Origin: a virus
Virus record (IMG/VR): IMGVR_UViG_3300045988_179268
Span: 64,001-128,000 of that record
Length of the DNA: 64,000 nt
Reading direction: 5' to 3' (one strand)
Numbering within the stretch: the first letter of the stretch is position 1; each line of letters starts with the position of its first letter. The notes under the pieces were generated by a model, which ran no database searches, had not been told where the DNA came from, and saw only the letters and a program-made list of their open reading frames with translations. The position numbers and the translations under genes are program-made. This document shows, piece by piece, positions 55,131 to 64,000 of this stretch.

Positions 55131-56120
55131 ATGCCACGCATGAACTTTGGTGGGGATAAGCCCGCTGGACGTTACGGTAACCTGTTCAGCAACATGGGGT
55201 CCTATGCGGAAAGTGAAACTCCAGTAGAAGAAGTAATTGAAACGGTTGCTGAGGAAACGGTTGAGCCAGCGGCACCACCTGCGCCTCAAGCAGTACCCAC
55301 AGTAGAAGTAGAGATGCAACAAACCGCTGAGGAGGTGGAAGCTACCGAGGAACAGGTTCTAGCGGCACTGCAAAGCAAGCTGAACGCCCCCACCTCGACT
55401 ACCCCGGAAGATGAAGCCCCCGAACCATTAGACACGGTGGACGAAGAAGAGGAAACCGAGTTTGAAGCTGAACCATCACCTGCTAACGAAGAAGATGCCA
55501 TTGAAACTACATATGGCTATGACCCAGGTGTAGCAGACGAAGATGAAGGCGGAGTTAGCTACACTGCACCCGAAGAGCCTATCTCATCTACCAGCTTTGA
55601 CGAAAGCGATGAAGAAGCTACCATTGCAGAGGTGCCAGGCGAACTTGTAGACGCAGACGAAGAAGCTTCTGAGTCACCCATGACGGAACCTTCGGAGGCA
55701 CCTATCACTCATGGCGTGGTTGCTCTTATTGTTAGCCTCTACGAAGCAATCAGCCCCCTAGAGTCAAACGAGCTAGAGGCTCTTAATATTCTTCTAGGCA
55801 ACCATACGGATACCAGGGTTGTTGAAATCATCGAGAGTATCATTAGTGATACTGACCAAACTAAGAGTCTACTTGATACTGTGGCTCAGCTTTCCGCTGT
55901 AGACACCAGTGACAGCACTAAAGCCGCCGTAAGGTACACCATGCTACTGTTCCGTTATGACGAAACAACTCTTAGGAACCTTGCAACAATACTTGGAGTA
56001 GACGGGCTAGGTGACGACGCAAGCACCGAGGATATTGTCGAAACCCTGGCAACAACTCTTGCAAGCACTCCCGCCGCCGTATTCAACGTCGCGAAAACTA
56101 TTAACAGCATCATTCCATAA
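55131..56120 (+). CDS. Very acidic protein (Asp/Glu-rich N-terminal ~190 aa plus a structured C-terminal domain)
   Basis: For example DTVDEEEETEFEAEPSPANEEDAIE..ADEDEGG..FDESDEEATIAEVPGELVDADEEASE. Confidence 0.5.
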   Translation: MPRMNFGGDKPAGRYGNLFSNMGSYAESETPVEEVIETVAEETVEPAAPPAPQAVPTVEVEMQQTAEEVEATEEQVLAALQSKLNAPTSTTPEDEAPEPLDTVDEEEETEFEAEPSPANEEDAIETTYGYDPGVADEDEGGVSYTAPEEPISSTSFDESDEEATIAEVPGELVDADEEASESPMTEPSEAPITHGVVALIVSLYEAISPLESNELEALNILLGNHTDTRVVEIIESIISDTDQTKSLLDTVAQLSAVDTSDSTKAAVRYTMLLFRYDETTLRNLATILGVDGLGDDASTEDIVETLATTLASTPAAVFNVAKTINSIIP

Positions 56121-56131
56121 AAACCCTTTTA

Positions 56132-56181
56132 AAATATGGGGACAGTAACCAGTAGGAAACTTGGTTACTGTCCCCATATTT
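56132..56181 (+). terminator. Hairpin
   Basis: 19-bp perfect stem: aaatatggggacagtaacc (56132-56150) with ggttactgtccccatattt (56163-56181). Confidence 0.65.
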
Positions 56182-56235
56182 GGTACAATAGAAGGAGTTT
56201 TTTATTACCATAAAGCAGAGCAAAACGGAGCGATT

Positions 56236-58962
56236 ATGACGTTAGAAATTCCCAAAAACTTACCCACCGTGAACCCTGCAACACTTATGCCATACGATGT
56301 CTATGTAGTCATAGACGGAACCGACATTCATCTCACCGCGTCTTCGAATCATAACTTCACAGGTGCGGAATTTCTGCGTTCACTCTACCGCCGTGCATAC
56401 ACTTCCGAAACTATGCGTGTCACCACTAGCGGAACCATCATCACACTCAGCACCACGGCTCTGCACGCCCCAACCATGCACGCACTGGCTGAGCTACTGA
56501 GCTACACGCTGTCAATCCCCGCTATTCGACTAACGGGCGACTCTAAAGCGTTATATAACGTGATGCCCTGGAAGGCGGCGGCTTTCTACGCACCCTCAAC
56601 TACAGAAAAGCATGGCGCAAGCTTCTTCAAAATTGCGCCTCTAAGCCCTCGGGGTGTCAATGATGAGACATTTAAGTATCTGCGTCACCTTGGAGGCTGG
56701 AAATCCGCTGACGATAATACGTGGCGCGTCCCCATGAATAAAATATTTAAGTTCATCCAGAGCAATACTCCCGGCGAACGCGGCATTGCAATTACCCGTT
56801 CCCTAGCAAGCCTGCTAGTGGAACCAATTGGTGCGCCATTTGACGGAAACGTACTCAGCCTCAAAGATACCCCCATTAGCGCACTGCATTTCGCTAAGTA
56901 TGACACACGCCCACAGAATAGTAAGCGCGAAAAAGGTAAAACCCTCGCGGAAAGCCTCACGTCCTTTGGGTATAAGACCATTTTTGATGTTCTATACAAT
57001 CTGCCTCGTAGGTACCTCGACCTCAGCAACCCTGTAACCTCACTGCGTGGACTCGACGCAGGGGAAAACGCATACATTGTTGGTCGAGTTAGCAACTGGC
57101 ACCCTATGAAAGAAAAGAAGGGTGCATGGTGTACCATTAAGACCTCTGAGAGGAACATTAAGGTAGCTTTTTGGGGTCCATACCAGTGGCGAGAAAAGAA
57201 ATTCCCCGTAAGCACGGAAGTTATCGTTGGGGGAAAGGTTACTTTCTACAATGGTCTAACTCTGACCGCTGACTTTATCGACACCCTAGATGTGTCATCG
57301 ACAGACAACCCGTATGTCCCTATCTATGCGCAGTCGCCCGCCCGAGGCATCATGACGAACCTCATCTCAAACCTTGTGCGTGAAGCCTTGACTCGCCTCA
57401 CCATCGACGGAAACCCTGGCATTGAGCAGAACGACTATTGGGCTACTGAAACGCTCCCTGATGGCATCCTGCCCATCAATGAAGCTTTGATGCGCCTACA
57501 CTTCCCTGAAAAAGAAGATGACGTTGTTGAAGCAATCGACTCTTTAGCTTGGTACGAACTTGTGCTTATGCAAGTTATTGTGAAAACCTCTGCCGCCGCT
57601 GGCAAAGATGCAAAAGGCATCAAAAACTCAGGGCGAAAAAGTAACTACGCTCAGCAAGTTATTCAAGGGCTACCATACACCCTGACGAATGACCAGCAGA
57701 CCGCCTACAAAACGCTAACGGAACGCATGGGGGAAAGCGCCCCTATGGATGCGCTACTATCTGCTGACGTGGGCGCAGGCAAGACTATCATCCAGATTTT
57801 AGCCGCACTCACCGCTGTAGATTCGGGGAGACAGGCTGTAATTGTTGCGCCTACAGAGATTCTGGCGCGCCAAATTTATGCCGCCGCGCAGACTGCAATA
57901 GGTGAAGTTGAGGGCTGTGAGCCACTGTACCTGTCTGGCTCAATGAAAGCGGCAGAACGTAAGCAAGCTATCCAAGACATTAAAGACGGAACCGCAAAGC
58001 TGATTATAGGTACCCACACCCTTCTAAACGCAACAGAGTTTCACGATTTAGGGTTTGTGTGCTTTGACGAACAGCAAAAATTTGGCGTAGAACAGCGTGA
58101 CCGACTGCTCAGCGTCCGCCCAGACGGAGCTATCCCCGATTTTCTCCTGGCAACTGCAACACCTATCCCGCGAACCATCGCGCAAATTGAATACGGCGAA
58201 GTGGACTTCATTCAGATGCAAGAAAAGCCTGCTGGTCGTAAGCCTGTCGAAACGGAATGGGTGGAATCTAAATATGACCACCTACTCCATCACCCTAAGC
58301 ACGCCGTATGGCACGACTTGAACAAGGAAATCAAAGCAGGGCACCAAGCATTCATTGTCGCCCCCCTGGTGGAAGAGAATAATGACTTGGAAGCACCCAG
58401 CGTTAAAGAACTTGCAAAAGACCTGCATGGAGTACTCCCCAAGGCTAAAATTGGTGTCCTACACGGCAAAATGAAACCTAAGGAACAAGAAGAAGCAATG
58501 AACTCTTTCCGCTCAGGCGAGACAGACGTTCTTGTCGCATCCACCATCGTAGAAGTCGGCGTAGACGTACCTAACGCTACACGCATCGTCATCATGGGTG
58601 CTGAACGGCTAGGTGCATCATCTCTACACCAGCTAAGAGGACGTGTCGGACGTAGCGACCTTCACGCGAAGTGCTGGCTTGTCAGCCCAGCAGAAACCAA
58701 AAGTGCCCAAGCGCGCATGGAAGCCCTAGTGAACTATGATGACGGATTCACCATCGCAGAAGCAGACACTGACACACGTGGTGAAGGTGACATTCTCACC
58801 AGCACACAGCACGGCATCACCCGCAACAGGTTCCTGCGTCTCAGCAAACACCGCCACATCATCCCTAGCGCCATTGAACACGCGGAAGCTATTGTATCTA
58901 ACCCAGAATACCGTGCCGAAGCACTGCATGACGCAAAAAAGTTCTTTAGCGATATGCACTAG
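56236..58962 (+). CDS. recG: RecG-like branched-DNA helicase with a ~280-aa N-terminal extension
   Basis: Wedge/OB GRVSNWHPMKEKKGAWCTIKTSERNIKVAFWG. Motif I SADVGAGKT. Motif II FDEQQKFG. Motif III ATATPIPRT. VLHGKMKPKEQE..FRSGETDVLVASTIVEVGVDVPNAT. Motif VI LHQLRGRVGRS. Start moved to ATG 56236 because 56161 lies inside the hairpin. Confidence 0.8.
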   Translation: MTLEIPKNLPTVNPATLMPYDVYVVIDGTDIHLTASSNHNFTGAEFLRSLYRRAYTSETMRVTTSGTIITLSTTALHAPTMHALAELLSYTLSIPAIRLTGDSKALYNVMPWKAAAFYAPSTTEKHGASFFKIAPLSPRGVNDETFKYLRHLGGWKSADDNTWRVPMNKIFKFIQSNTPGERGIAITRSLASLLVEPIGAPFDGNVLSLKDTPISALHFAKYDTRPQNSKREKGKTLAESLTSFGYKTIFDVLYNLPRRYLDLSNPVTSLRGLDAGENAYIVGRVSNWHPMKEKKGAWCTIKTSERNIKVAFWGPYQWREKKFPVSTEVIVGGKVTFYNGLTLTADFIDTLDVSSTDNPYVPIYAQSPARGIMTNLISNLVREALTRLTIDGNPGIEQNDYWATETLPDGILPINEALMRLHFPEKEDDVVEAIDSLAWYELVLMQVIVKTSAAAGKDAKGIKNSGRKSNYAQQVIQGLPYTLTNDQQTAYKTLTERMGESAPMDALLSADVGAGKTIIQILAALTAVDSGRQAVIVAPTEILARQIYAAAQTAIGEVEGCEPLYLSGSMKAAERKQAIQDIKDGTAKLIIGTHTLLNATEFHDLGFVCFDEQQKFGVEQRDRLLSVRPDGAIPDFLLATATPIPRTIAQIEYGEVDFIQMQEKPAGRKPVETEWVESKYDHLLHHPKHAVWHDLNKEIKAGHQAFIVAPLVEENNDLEAPSVKELAKDLHGVLPKAKIGVLHGKMKPKEQEEAMNSFRSGETDVLVASTIVEVGVDVPNATRIVIMGAERLGASSLHQLRGRVGRSDLHAKCWLVSPAETKSAQARMEALVNYDDGFTIAEADTDTRGEGDILTSTQHGITRNRFLRLSKHRHIIPSAIEHAEAIVSNPEYRAEALHDAKKFFSDMH

Positions 58963-58989
58963 AAGTAACTACCTGCAAGGAGACAAACA

Positions 58990-59688
58990 ATGGGGAAACT
59001 AGCAGAACGCCTTCAAGATTTTGGAGACTACCTAGACCAGAACCTTGAAGACAGAGGGCGAACACACCTTAGCTTCATCAAAGCAACATGGAACACTAAG
59101 GACAAAAAACAAATCCTCACGTGGGTGACCATCCTCATAGTAGGGCTTATCGCCGGAGTAGCAGTTGATTTAACGTTACCCAACATCCTACTAGTCACTA
59201 TCCCTAAATGGGTGTTTATCGGCGCGCCTGTCATGTACACCGGCGGCACATTAACATACCTTGCCGCATATGCAACAGGTCAGTGGCTCACAGATAAAAC
59301 CGGCGGACAGTGGGTGCCCGTAAAGATGCAACCTTGGGCAAGTCCCAGGCTTAGATTATGGGCAGTAGTCATGTTTGCTGTACTAATGACCGTATGGGTG
59401 TTCTATGCGGCGGCGGCAGACAACCCCTTATGGACTTTCAACGGCTTCCTCCCCATCACATTCATGCTGACCTTCACCTCATTCCTACTAAGGACAGAGG
59501 ACGAAAAAGAAGCTGAATCGTTCGGGATTAGAGACGAGCGAACCCGCGAACATGACGAAGCCGCGAAAAAACGTGCAGAAAAAATAGCTGAACGAAAAGA
59601 AAAAGCGAAAGCTAAAGCCGCTAAACGAGGCTCCTTCACCGACAGGTTGTTAGGAAATCAACCTAACAAAAACACATCAGCAGAATAA
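58990..59688 (+). CDS. Membrane protein (about 4 TM) with a Lys/Glu/Ala-rich tail
   Basis: Hydrophobic helices plus ..EAAKKRAEKIAERKEKAKAKAAKR. Confidence 0.5.
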   Translation: MGKLAERLQDFGDYLDQNLEDRGRTHLSFIKATWNTKDKKQILTWVTILIVGLIAGVAVDLTLPNILLVTIPKWVFIGAPVMYTGGTLTYLAAYATGQWLTDKTGGQWVPVKMQPWASPRLRLWAVVMFAVLMTVWVFYAAAADNPLWTFNGFLPITFMLTFTSFLLRTEDEKEAESFGIRDERTREHDEAAKKRAEKIAERKEKAKAKAAKRGSFTDRLLGNQPNKNTSAE

Positions 59689-59698
59689 ATCTAAGCAA

Positions 59699-59746
59699 TA
59701 TAGCGAGGCACCCCACATGTTTTGAGTTGTGGGGTGCCTCGCTATA
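59699..59746 (+). terminator. Hairpin
   Basis: 19-bp perfect stem: tatagcgaggcaccccaca (59699-59717) with tgtggggtgcctcgctata (59728-59746). Confidence 0.65.
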
Positions 59747-59796
59747 GAAATACTATACACTCCCTAAACTAACCTAAACGCTAAAGGAGAACTAAG

Positions 59797-60711
59797 TTGT
59801 CCCCACCTGAACATGTTTGCTGGACGCACGGGATTACCCAAACCGTCGGTGAACAAGACGACGCGCTGATGGGTCAGGCACACGCCTCAACAGGATTAGC
59901 CGCTTTCCTAGCTTTCCTAGCTTTCGCAGGGAGTGGCGCTGTGAATCTAGTCCTTGGAAATGAGCCTAGCATGGGGCAATACGTGCTTTCAGCCGTAGCG
60001 TTTGTCGCCGGGGCGTTAATTCCAGACTTCGATAACACGTCATCGACAGCGAAGTCGTCTATGGGGATCTTTGGCGGGCCTATCACCTTCGCATTCCGTG
60101 AAAGTTCCAGACTTGTACAGACCATTCATACGAAGCAAGATGCCAAATCCCGCGCTAAGGCACACGATGTCGTACACCGTGGTTTCTGGCACTCGCTGGT
60201 GGGCGCTGTAGCCTTAGCACTTATTGTAAATTTCCTAACGAGTAACCCTCTAATGACGGCAATCACGCTTCCACTCGGGTTTCTAGGAATCGGAAATCTT
60301 GGTGCCCTCATTGCCGCCGTGATTTGCTTAGCGGCGTTACATATCGCAGTTTCAGGTCTTAACCTCGGTGCGTTAAAGGCGGCGAAAAGCACTAAAAATC
60401 TTGGCTCAACGCTCATGTTCTTAGTGTCCGTGGCAGTGACGCTGATGTTCTTTAACAGCATCCCCGCTGGGCAGTACGTGTGGCTAGGATATAGTCTTGG
60501 TATAGGCGCTGTCGTCCATATTATTGGTGACGCATTCACCAAGGCAGGAGTCCCGTTATTCTCCCCAATTATTCCACGCAAAGGTAAATTATGGTACACC
60601 TACAGGTTCGCAACCTTCGAAGCTAAAAGTGAAGCCCTTAATAGTGGCGTGCTGTGGGGGAGTGTCGCAGTCATAGTCATATCGACCCTCATACTACTAC
60701 AACGACTCTAG
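59797..60711 (+). CDS. Membrane-bound metal-dependent hydrolase, DUF457/YdjM-like (start may be ATG 59869)
   Basis: MGQAHASTGLAAF.., ..LIPDFDN.., ..HRGFWHS.., ..HIIGDAFTKAGVPLFSP match the His/Asp motif series of the family. Confidence 0.6.
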   Translation: MSPPEHVCWTHGITQTVGEQDDALMGQAHASTGLAAFLAFLAFAGSGAVNLVLGNEPSMGQYVLSAVAFVAGALIPDFDNTSSTAKSSMGIFGGPITFAFRESSRLVQTIHTKQDAKSRAKAHDVVHRGFWHSLVGAVALALIVNFLTSNPLMTAITLPLGFLGIGNLGALIAAVICLAALHIAVSGLNLGALKAAKSTKNLGSTLMFLVSVAVTLMFFNSIPAGQYVWLGYSLGIGAVVHIIGDAFTKAGVPLFSPIIPRKGKLWYTYRFATFEAKSEALNSGVLWGSVAVIVISTLILLQRL

Positions 60712-60721
60712 GAGTATAAAG

Positions 60722-61210
60722 ATGAACCTTTTCACCAGCGTTATTCTCATTGCTATTACCGTAGCGTCACTTGCATCAGCGTACATTGCCGCCAAGAAGC
60801 TAAACCGCCTCAACGAGGCGCTAGAACTTATCGCGGAGCTGGACGTTTCCATCAACCTATTCATGTGGAAAATTTCAGATAAGGCAGAGAAGAACCTCCC
60901 CTCTGACCCTGACGAGGATGGTAACTACCCAGCGTGGTACACCCTTGCAAACTACCCGTATAGCGCAGGTGGTTCTAGTACTTACGCCCTACACAAGAAC
61001 GCAGTACACACCGTACTGCTGTCCATTAACGATGAGCATCTAACGGGCGACGCTAAGCGTAAGTATGATGAAGAAATCGCACCAGTTATCTTGCAATTCA
61101 AAGAGCAAGTTGAACGTCGCGACCAGCTTGCGCTAGAACTATCGCAAGACCCAGTGATTAGCCGCTTTGTGAAGCATCTGCCTAAGCCCCTCATGCCTCA
61201 GGCGTACTAA
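60722..61210 (+). CDS. Membrane-anchored hypothetical protein
   Basis: Single N-terminal TM. Confidence 0.45.
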   Translation: MNLFTSVILIAITVASLASAYIAAKKLNRLNEALELIAELDVSINLFMWKISDKAEKNLPSDPDEDGNYPAWYTLANYPYSAGGSSTYALHKNAVHTVLLSINDEHLTGDAKRKYDEEIAPVILQFKEQVERRDQLALELSQDPVISRFVKHLPKPLMPQAY

Positions 61211-61241
61211 GCGGTAAAGCTTTTACTTAAGGAACGGATAC

Positions 61242-61862
61242 ATGGCGCAAGCACCTAAAAACAGCGCGAAATCATCAGATAATAAGCCTCCTGCAAGAGC
61301 CTACTATACAGACTATATTGACCCGACAGACGTGGAAGCCGCCCTAGGCCGAAACCCTGACTTAGTGCTATTCTCGGAGATGTCCAAACTTGCACGAAGC
61401 AACGCCATCCGCAAGTTTAAACGCTCCCAAGCAATTAACAAGGAAGCGGTTCTTGACCTCGCTAGGTTGCTCAAATCTGGTGCGCCTGTCCTGTATAACA
61501 CTCGAAAGAAACGTATCGAGATTCCGATTTCAGCGTCCAAAGTTCGAAGCACAGGGCATAGCAACGTCACTATCAGTACAGACCTGACTAAAGCAGGTGG
61601 GTTAGAAGCCGCCGCATCTATCTACCTCTCACATTTGCAAGAGTCGTACACTCCGGCAGAACTTGCTGAGTTCAAAGCTCAGCAAAAAGCTGAGCAGGAA
61701 GCCGCCGCTAAACTTACACAGGCTGAGCTTGAAGCAATCGACAATGCGGAATACGAGCATTGGCTGGGTCTTGAACGTAGCGCAGACGGAGGCGCAGACC
61801 TCATCGCACTTGTTAAAGAAGCACGTCAAGAAGGAAAAGAATATCAGGAGGCAATTAAATAA
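61242..61862 (+). CDS. Hypothetical protein
   Basis: ORF only; RBS AAGGAA. Confidence 0.45.
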   Translation: MAQAPKNSAKSSDNKPPARAYYTDYIDPTDVEAALGRNPDLVLFSEMSKLARSNAIRKFKRSQAINKEAVLDLARLLKSGAPVLYNTRKKRIEIPISASKVRSTGHSNVTISTDLTKAGGLEAAASIYLSHLQESYTPAELAEFKAQQKAEQEAAAKLTQAELEAIDNAEYEHWLGLERSADGGADLIALVKEARQEGKEYQEAIK

Positions 61863-62002
61863 TGGATGGGTTTCAGAACATCATCATTTTCCTGTTTGCT
61901 CTCGTGGTTGTAGCCGCTGTAGGTATCTTGACCCCCTTTGGGCGTGAAATCCTGCACAATTTCCTCATGTTTCTACAAGGGGTTCAGGTCGGAAATTCTT
62001 AA
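61862..62002 (+). CDS. 46-aa hydrophobic micropeptide, not in the ORF track
   Basis: TAATG overlap with the upstream stop. Hand translation: MDGFQNIIIFLFALVVVAAVGILTPFGREILHNFLMFLQGVQVGNS, stop at 62000-62002. A hairpin follows. Confidence 0.4.
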   Translation: MDGFQNIIIFLFALVVVAAVGILTPFGREILHNFLMFLQGVQVGNS

Positions 62003-62016
62003 AATTTAGTATTATT

Positions 62017-62057
62017 TAGCACGCCGGGCGGCACCAAAAAGACTGCCCGGCGTGCTA
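62017..62057 (+). terminator. Hairpin
   Basis: tagcacgccgggc (62017-62029) pairs with gcccggcgtgcta (62045-62057). Confidence 0.6.
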
Positions 62058-62107
62058 TCATTATGGGGTACTAGTGACCTGAATCTATCAAGAAAGCGGA
62101 ATACCGA

Positions 62108-62734
62108 ATGCGCGTATCTATCCAGGGATATGAAGCCCCTGTCTACCAGCCATACAACGGCGACGGCTCCCATAACGCCGCCGCCGGACATGCATCAACA
62201 GCACTCTACACGGGCAATGATATTGAGCGTAAAGTGTTTGAAGTGTTGCCTGATGAGTTGAAAGAAGCAGACACATTCCCAGATGAAACCGTCTACTGCA
62301 TCACCAACGCTTTCATCCAGATTATCGCAGAACTGCAACTTGCCTACCAGTTCTACCTTAATGAAACTCACGCACTTCCCATCACTACAGAACAGCAACG
62401 CGGGTTTAAGACCTCAGTATCTAACATGCGAGTCCAAGCAGTTGTTCGTCAAACTCAGGAACTTTTCTACCCACTGACCTACGACATTATTGAGCCACAC
62501 ATTGTGGAGCATGATATGGAAGCTATCACTGATTGGGTGCAGAAAATTAAGTCACGCGCGAACGTTGCTCTCGGCAGGATAGCCCAGAATTTCAGCCACA
62601 CATTTGCTGGTGTCCCAAGCCCACCCGAAGGGTACTATGTAGGTGAGGATGCTGAACACTATGAAACATTCGTGCAGGGCGAAAATAGCCACGACTATGC
62701 TCCCGTAGAAATCATCTCCCTCAACGCCTTATAA
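62108..62734 (+). CDS. Hypothetical protein
   Basis: ORF only. Confidence 0.45.
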   Translation: MRVSIQGYEAPVYQPYNGDGSHNAAAGHASTALYTGNDIERKVFEVLPDELKEADTFPDETVYCITNAFIQIIAELQLAYQFYLNETHALPITTEQQRGFKTSVSNMRVQAVVRQTQELFYPLTYDIIEPHIVEHDMEAITDWVQKIKSRANVALGRIAQNFSHTFAGVPSPPEGYYVGEDAEHYETFVQGENSHDYAPVEIISLNAL

Positions 62735-62755
62735 TCAGATAGAAAGACAACACAT

Positions 62756-63475
62756 ATGCAAGATAACCCACGGACAATAGATGTAGTTTTGGACATCCCT
62801 ACGCATCTAGTCTTGACCGAGAACTTGCGACTCACCCCTTTTGTGCGTGCCGCAATCGTGAAGTCGCTACGCGGAATAGCGTCTAGTCACGCCTCAAAAT
62901 TTGTTGAAGACAACCCTGAGTTCACCCCATTCAGACATTACATCGTCAGATTCGAAGTCCTGGGAATGAATAAAGGGCTTAGACTCGACCCAACTAACTA
63001 TGCGCCAACGCTAAAGCCCATTATCGACGGCTTCACTGGGCGCTGGTGGGATGATGACGACGCAGGGCACCTACTGGAAACCACATTCGCGTATGGCGGG
63101 CTATGGAAAAGCCCCCCTGAGGAACTTATCAAATATCGAAGGTTCCGAATCCGCATTACCGAGGTAAACCCGGAGCATTACACCGCAGAACCAATAGAGC
63201 GACCGTATCTTGAAGAAATAGCTTCGCAATGGGAGCTAGACCCTGCATATAGCATCCCCAAAGTCCCCCAAGACGGGAAAACAGACCCCAACGACGGAGT
63301 GAAACAATACTTTAAACTTATCACCCGTGAGGAACGGAAAAAGGAAGCGAAGAAACTCAAAACAGCCGCTTCGAAGCTACTCAACGAACCCGAAGAAGAC
63401 TCAGAAATCAAAATTGAAGTAACCATACCGGCACCAGATGAAACACCGCCAGACCCAGTAGAACTTGACTGGTAG
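62756..63475 (+). CDS. RusA-like Holliday-junction resolvase with an acidic/Pro-rich C-terminal extension
   Basis: RLDPTNYAPTLKPIIDGFTGRWWDDDDAGHL parallels the RusA core (D.dN..K...D.l.....w.DD..i). Confidence 0.45.
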   Translation: MQDNPRTIDVVLDIPTHLVLTENLRLTPFVRAAIVKSLRGIASSHASKFVEDNPEFTPFRHYIVRFEVLGMNKGLRLDPTNYAPTLKPIIDGFTGRWWDDDDAGHLLETTFAYGGLWKSPPEELIKYRRFRIRITEVNPEHYTAEPIERPYLEEIASQWELDPAYSIPKVPQDGKTDPNDGVKQYFKLITREERKKEAKKLKTAASKLLNEPEEDSEIKIEVTIPAPDETPPDPVELDW

Positions 63476-63481
63476 CCAGGC

Positions 63482-63546
63482 AAATAGAACCTCTCAGATA
63501 TGTAGTATATAAAGCCTAAATACTACACGCTTGAGAGGTTCTATTT
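63482..63546 (+). terminator. Nested hairpin followed by a T-run
   Basis: Outer 15-bp stem: aaatagaacctctca (63482-63496) with tgagaggttctattt (63532-63546). Inner stem gtagtat/atactac. Followed by TTTTTG. Confidence 0.7.
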
Positions 63547-63548
63547 TT

Positions 63549-64000
63549 GTGCGCATTGAAATAACTAACGCGACCGACGTTTTTGCTCGCGACAACCAAT
63601 TCTGGGAATTTGGCGGCTTCACATTCAGCAAACCCATTACACAGACCCAGTTCATCTGGGTAGGAGGCATACTCGCCGCCGCATATTTCCTATTCACCAT
63701 TCTCGCAAGCGTATTGCTAGGAATGTCTTTCATCATTTCCCTGCTGTGGACATGGGCACCCGCACTCGTCTTAGCCTACCCGCTGGGCAAAAAATTAGGC
63801 GACACATCAGAAAAATTTGACGGCATGACTGCCGGTAAATACCTCCTCGCTAAGCGCCGCTGGAAGAACCAAGCACGCGGATACCTTGACTGCGTAGAAT
63901 ACGACCCTAACGCTAAGCGAATCTACCGAATCGCAAGCGCAATTCAGGTATCAAACCGTGCTGACGACGCATTAGCAGAACTGCGAAAAACCGAAGAAGC
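63549..64000 (+). CDS. TcpE/PrgI-like small conjugation membrane protein, 3'-truncated by the window edge (not in the ORF track)
   Basis: Hand translation from GTG 63549 shows no stop to nt 64000. ..NQFWEFGGFTFSKPITQTQFIWVGGILAAAYFLFTILA..LVLAYPLGKKLGDTSEKFDGMTAGKYLLAKRRW.. fits the TcpE/PrgI layout (soluble lead, two TM, ..dGk....yl....r). GAGAGG lies 10 nt upstream. Confidence 0.5.
   Translation, partial: MRIEITNATDVFARDNQFWEFGGFTFSKPITQTQFIWVGGILAAAYFLFTILASVLLGMSFIISLLWTWAPALVLAYPLGKKLGDTSEKFDGMTAGKYLLAKRRWKNQARGYLDCVEYDPNAKRIYRIASAIQVSNRADDALAELRKTEE

Noticed and set aside
56161-56235. 25-aa N-terminal extension of RecG from the ORF track
   Set aside because: The alternative start lies inside the 19-bp-stem hairpin. 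ATG 56236 is preferred.
59747-59796. SOS (LexA) box upstream of the DUF457 hydrolase gene, a family often LexA-regulated
   Set aside because: I found no TCGAAC-N4-GTTCGA-like palindrome or other obvious operator in the short upstream region.
63494-63736. 80-aa minus-strand ORF at the right end
   Set aside because: It starts inside and runs antisense to the open-ended TcpE-like + ORF, and it overlaps the terminator hairpin.

Overview
The window reads as part of a large conjugative element, either a plasmid or an ICE. No integrase, transposase or relaxase is visible, so its type and boundaries are unknown. The host is probably an actinobacterium, because a canonical Rpf domain protein is present. 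Coding density is high and all but two genes are on the + strand. I see five blocks. (a) nt 1-9.9 kb is a cargo block: a sortase-fold protein, a TerY-P-type triad (cytosolic vWA, PP2C phosphatase, Ser/Thr kinase with a membrane tail), an unknown protein, a full-length NAD-dependent DNA ligase, and a secreted Rpf-LysM protein behind a ~700-nt leader. (b) 10.1-17.4 kb holds a minus-strand RepA-like chimeric gene, a G-poor non-coding region with iteron-like repeats, an NrdH-like redoxin, a DnaG-type primase and one more minus-strand gene. (c) 17.5-45.7 kb is a Gram-positive-type T4SS block. It has a coupling protein, a TcpC-like protein, a VirB4-N-domain-like protein without a P-loop, and an apparently inactivated DUF1524 nuclease homologue. 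It also has a lysozyme+NlpC/P60 hydrolase, three paralogous giant polytopic membrane proteins (one carrying an M23 peptidase insert) and an orphan Rad50/SbcC-like ATPase. (d) 45.7-63.5 kb is a replication and recombination block: SSB, a split FtsK/HerA-like ATPase, DnaB, a degenerate DnaC-like protein, a clamp-like protein, an extended RecG, a RusA-like protein, acidic proteins and small membrane proteins. (e) At 63.5 kb a TcpE/PrgI-like ORF, absent from the ORF track, runs off the window. The most striking sequence-level signal is a very strong strand-composition asymmetry. The top strand is G+T-rich up to about 11.4 kb and A+C-rich after it, independent of gene orientation, and the flip lies inside the RepA-like CDS. 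All functional calls come from motif recognition by eye and need HMM or structure confirmation.
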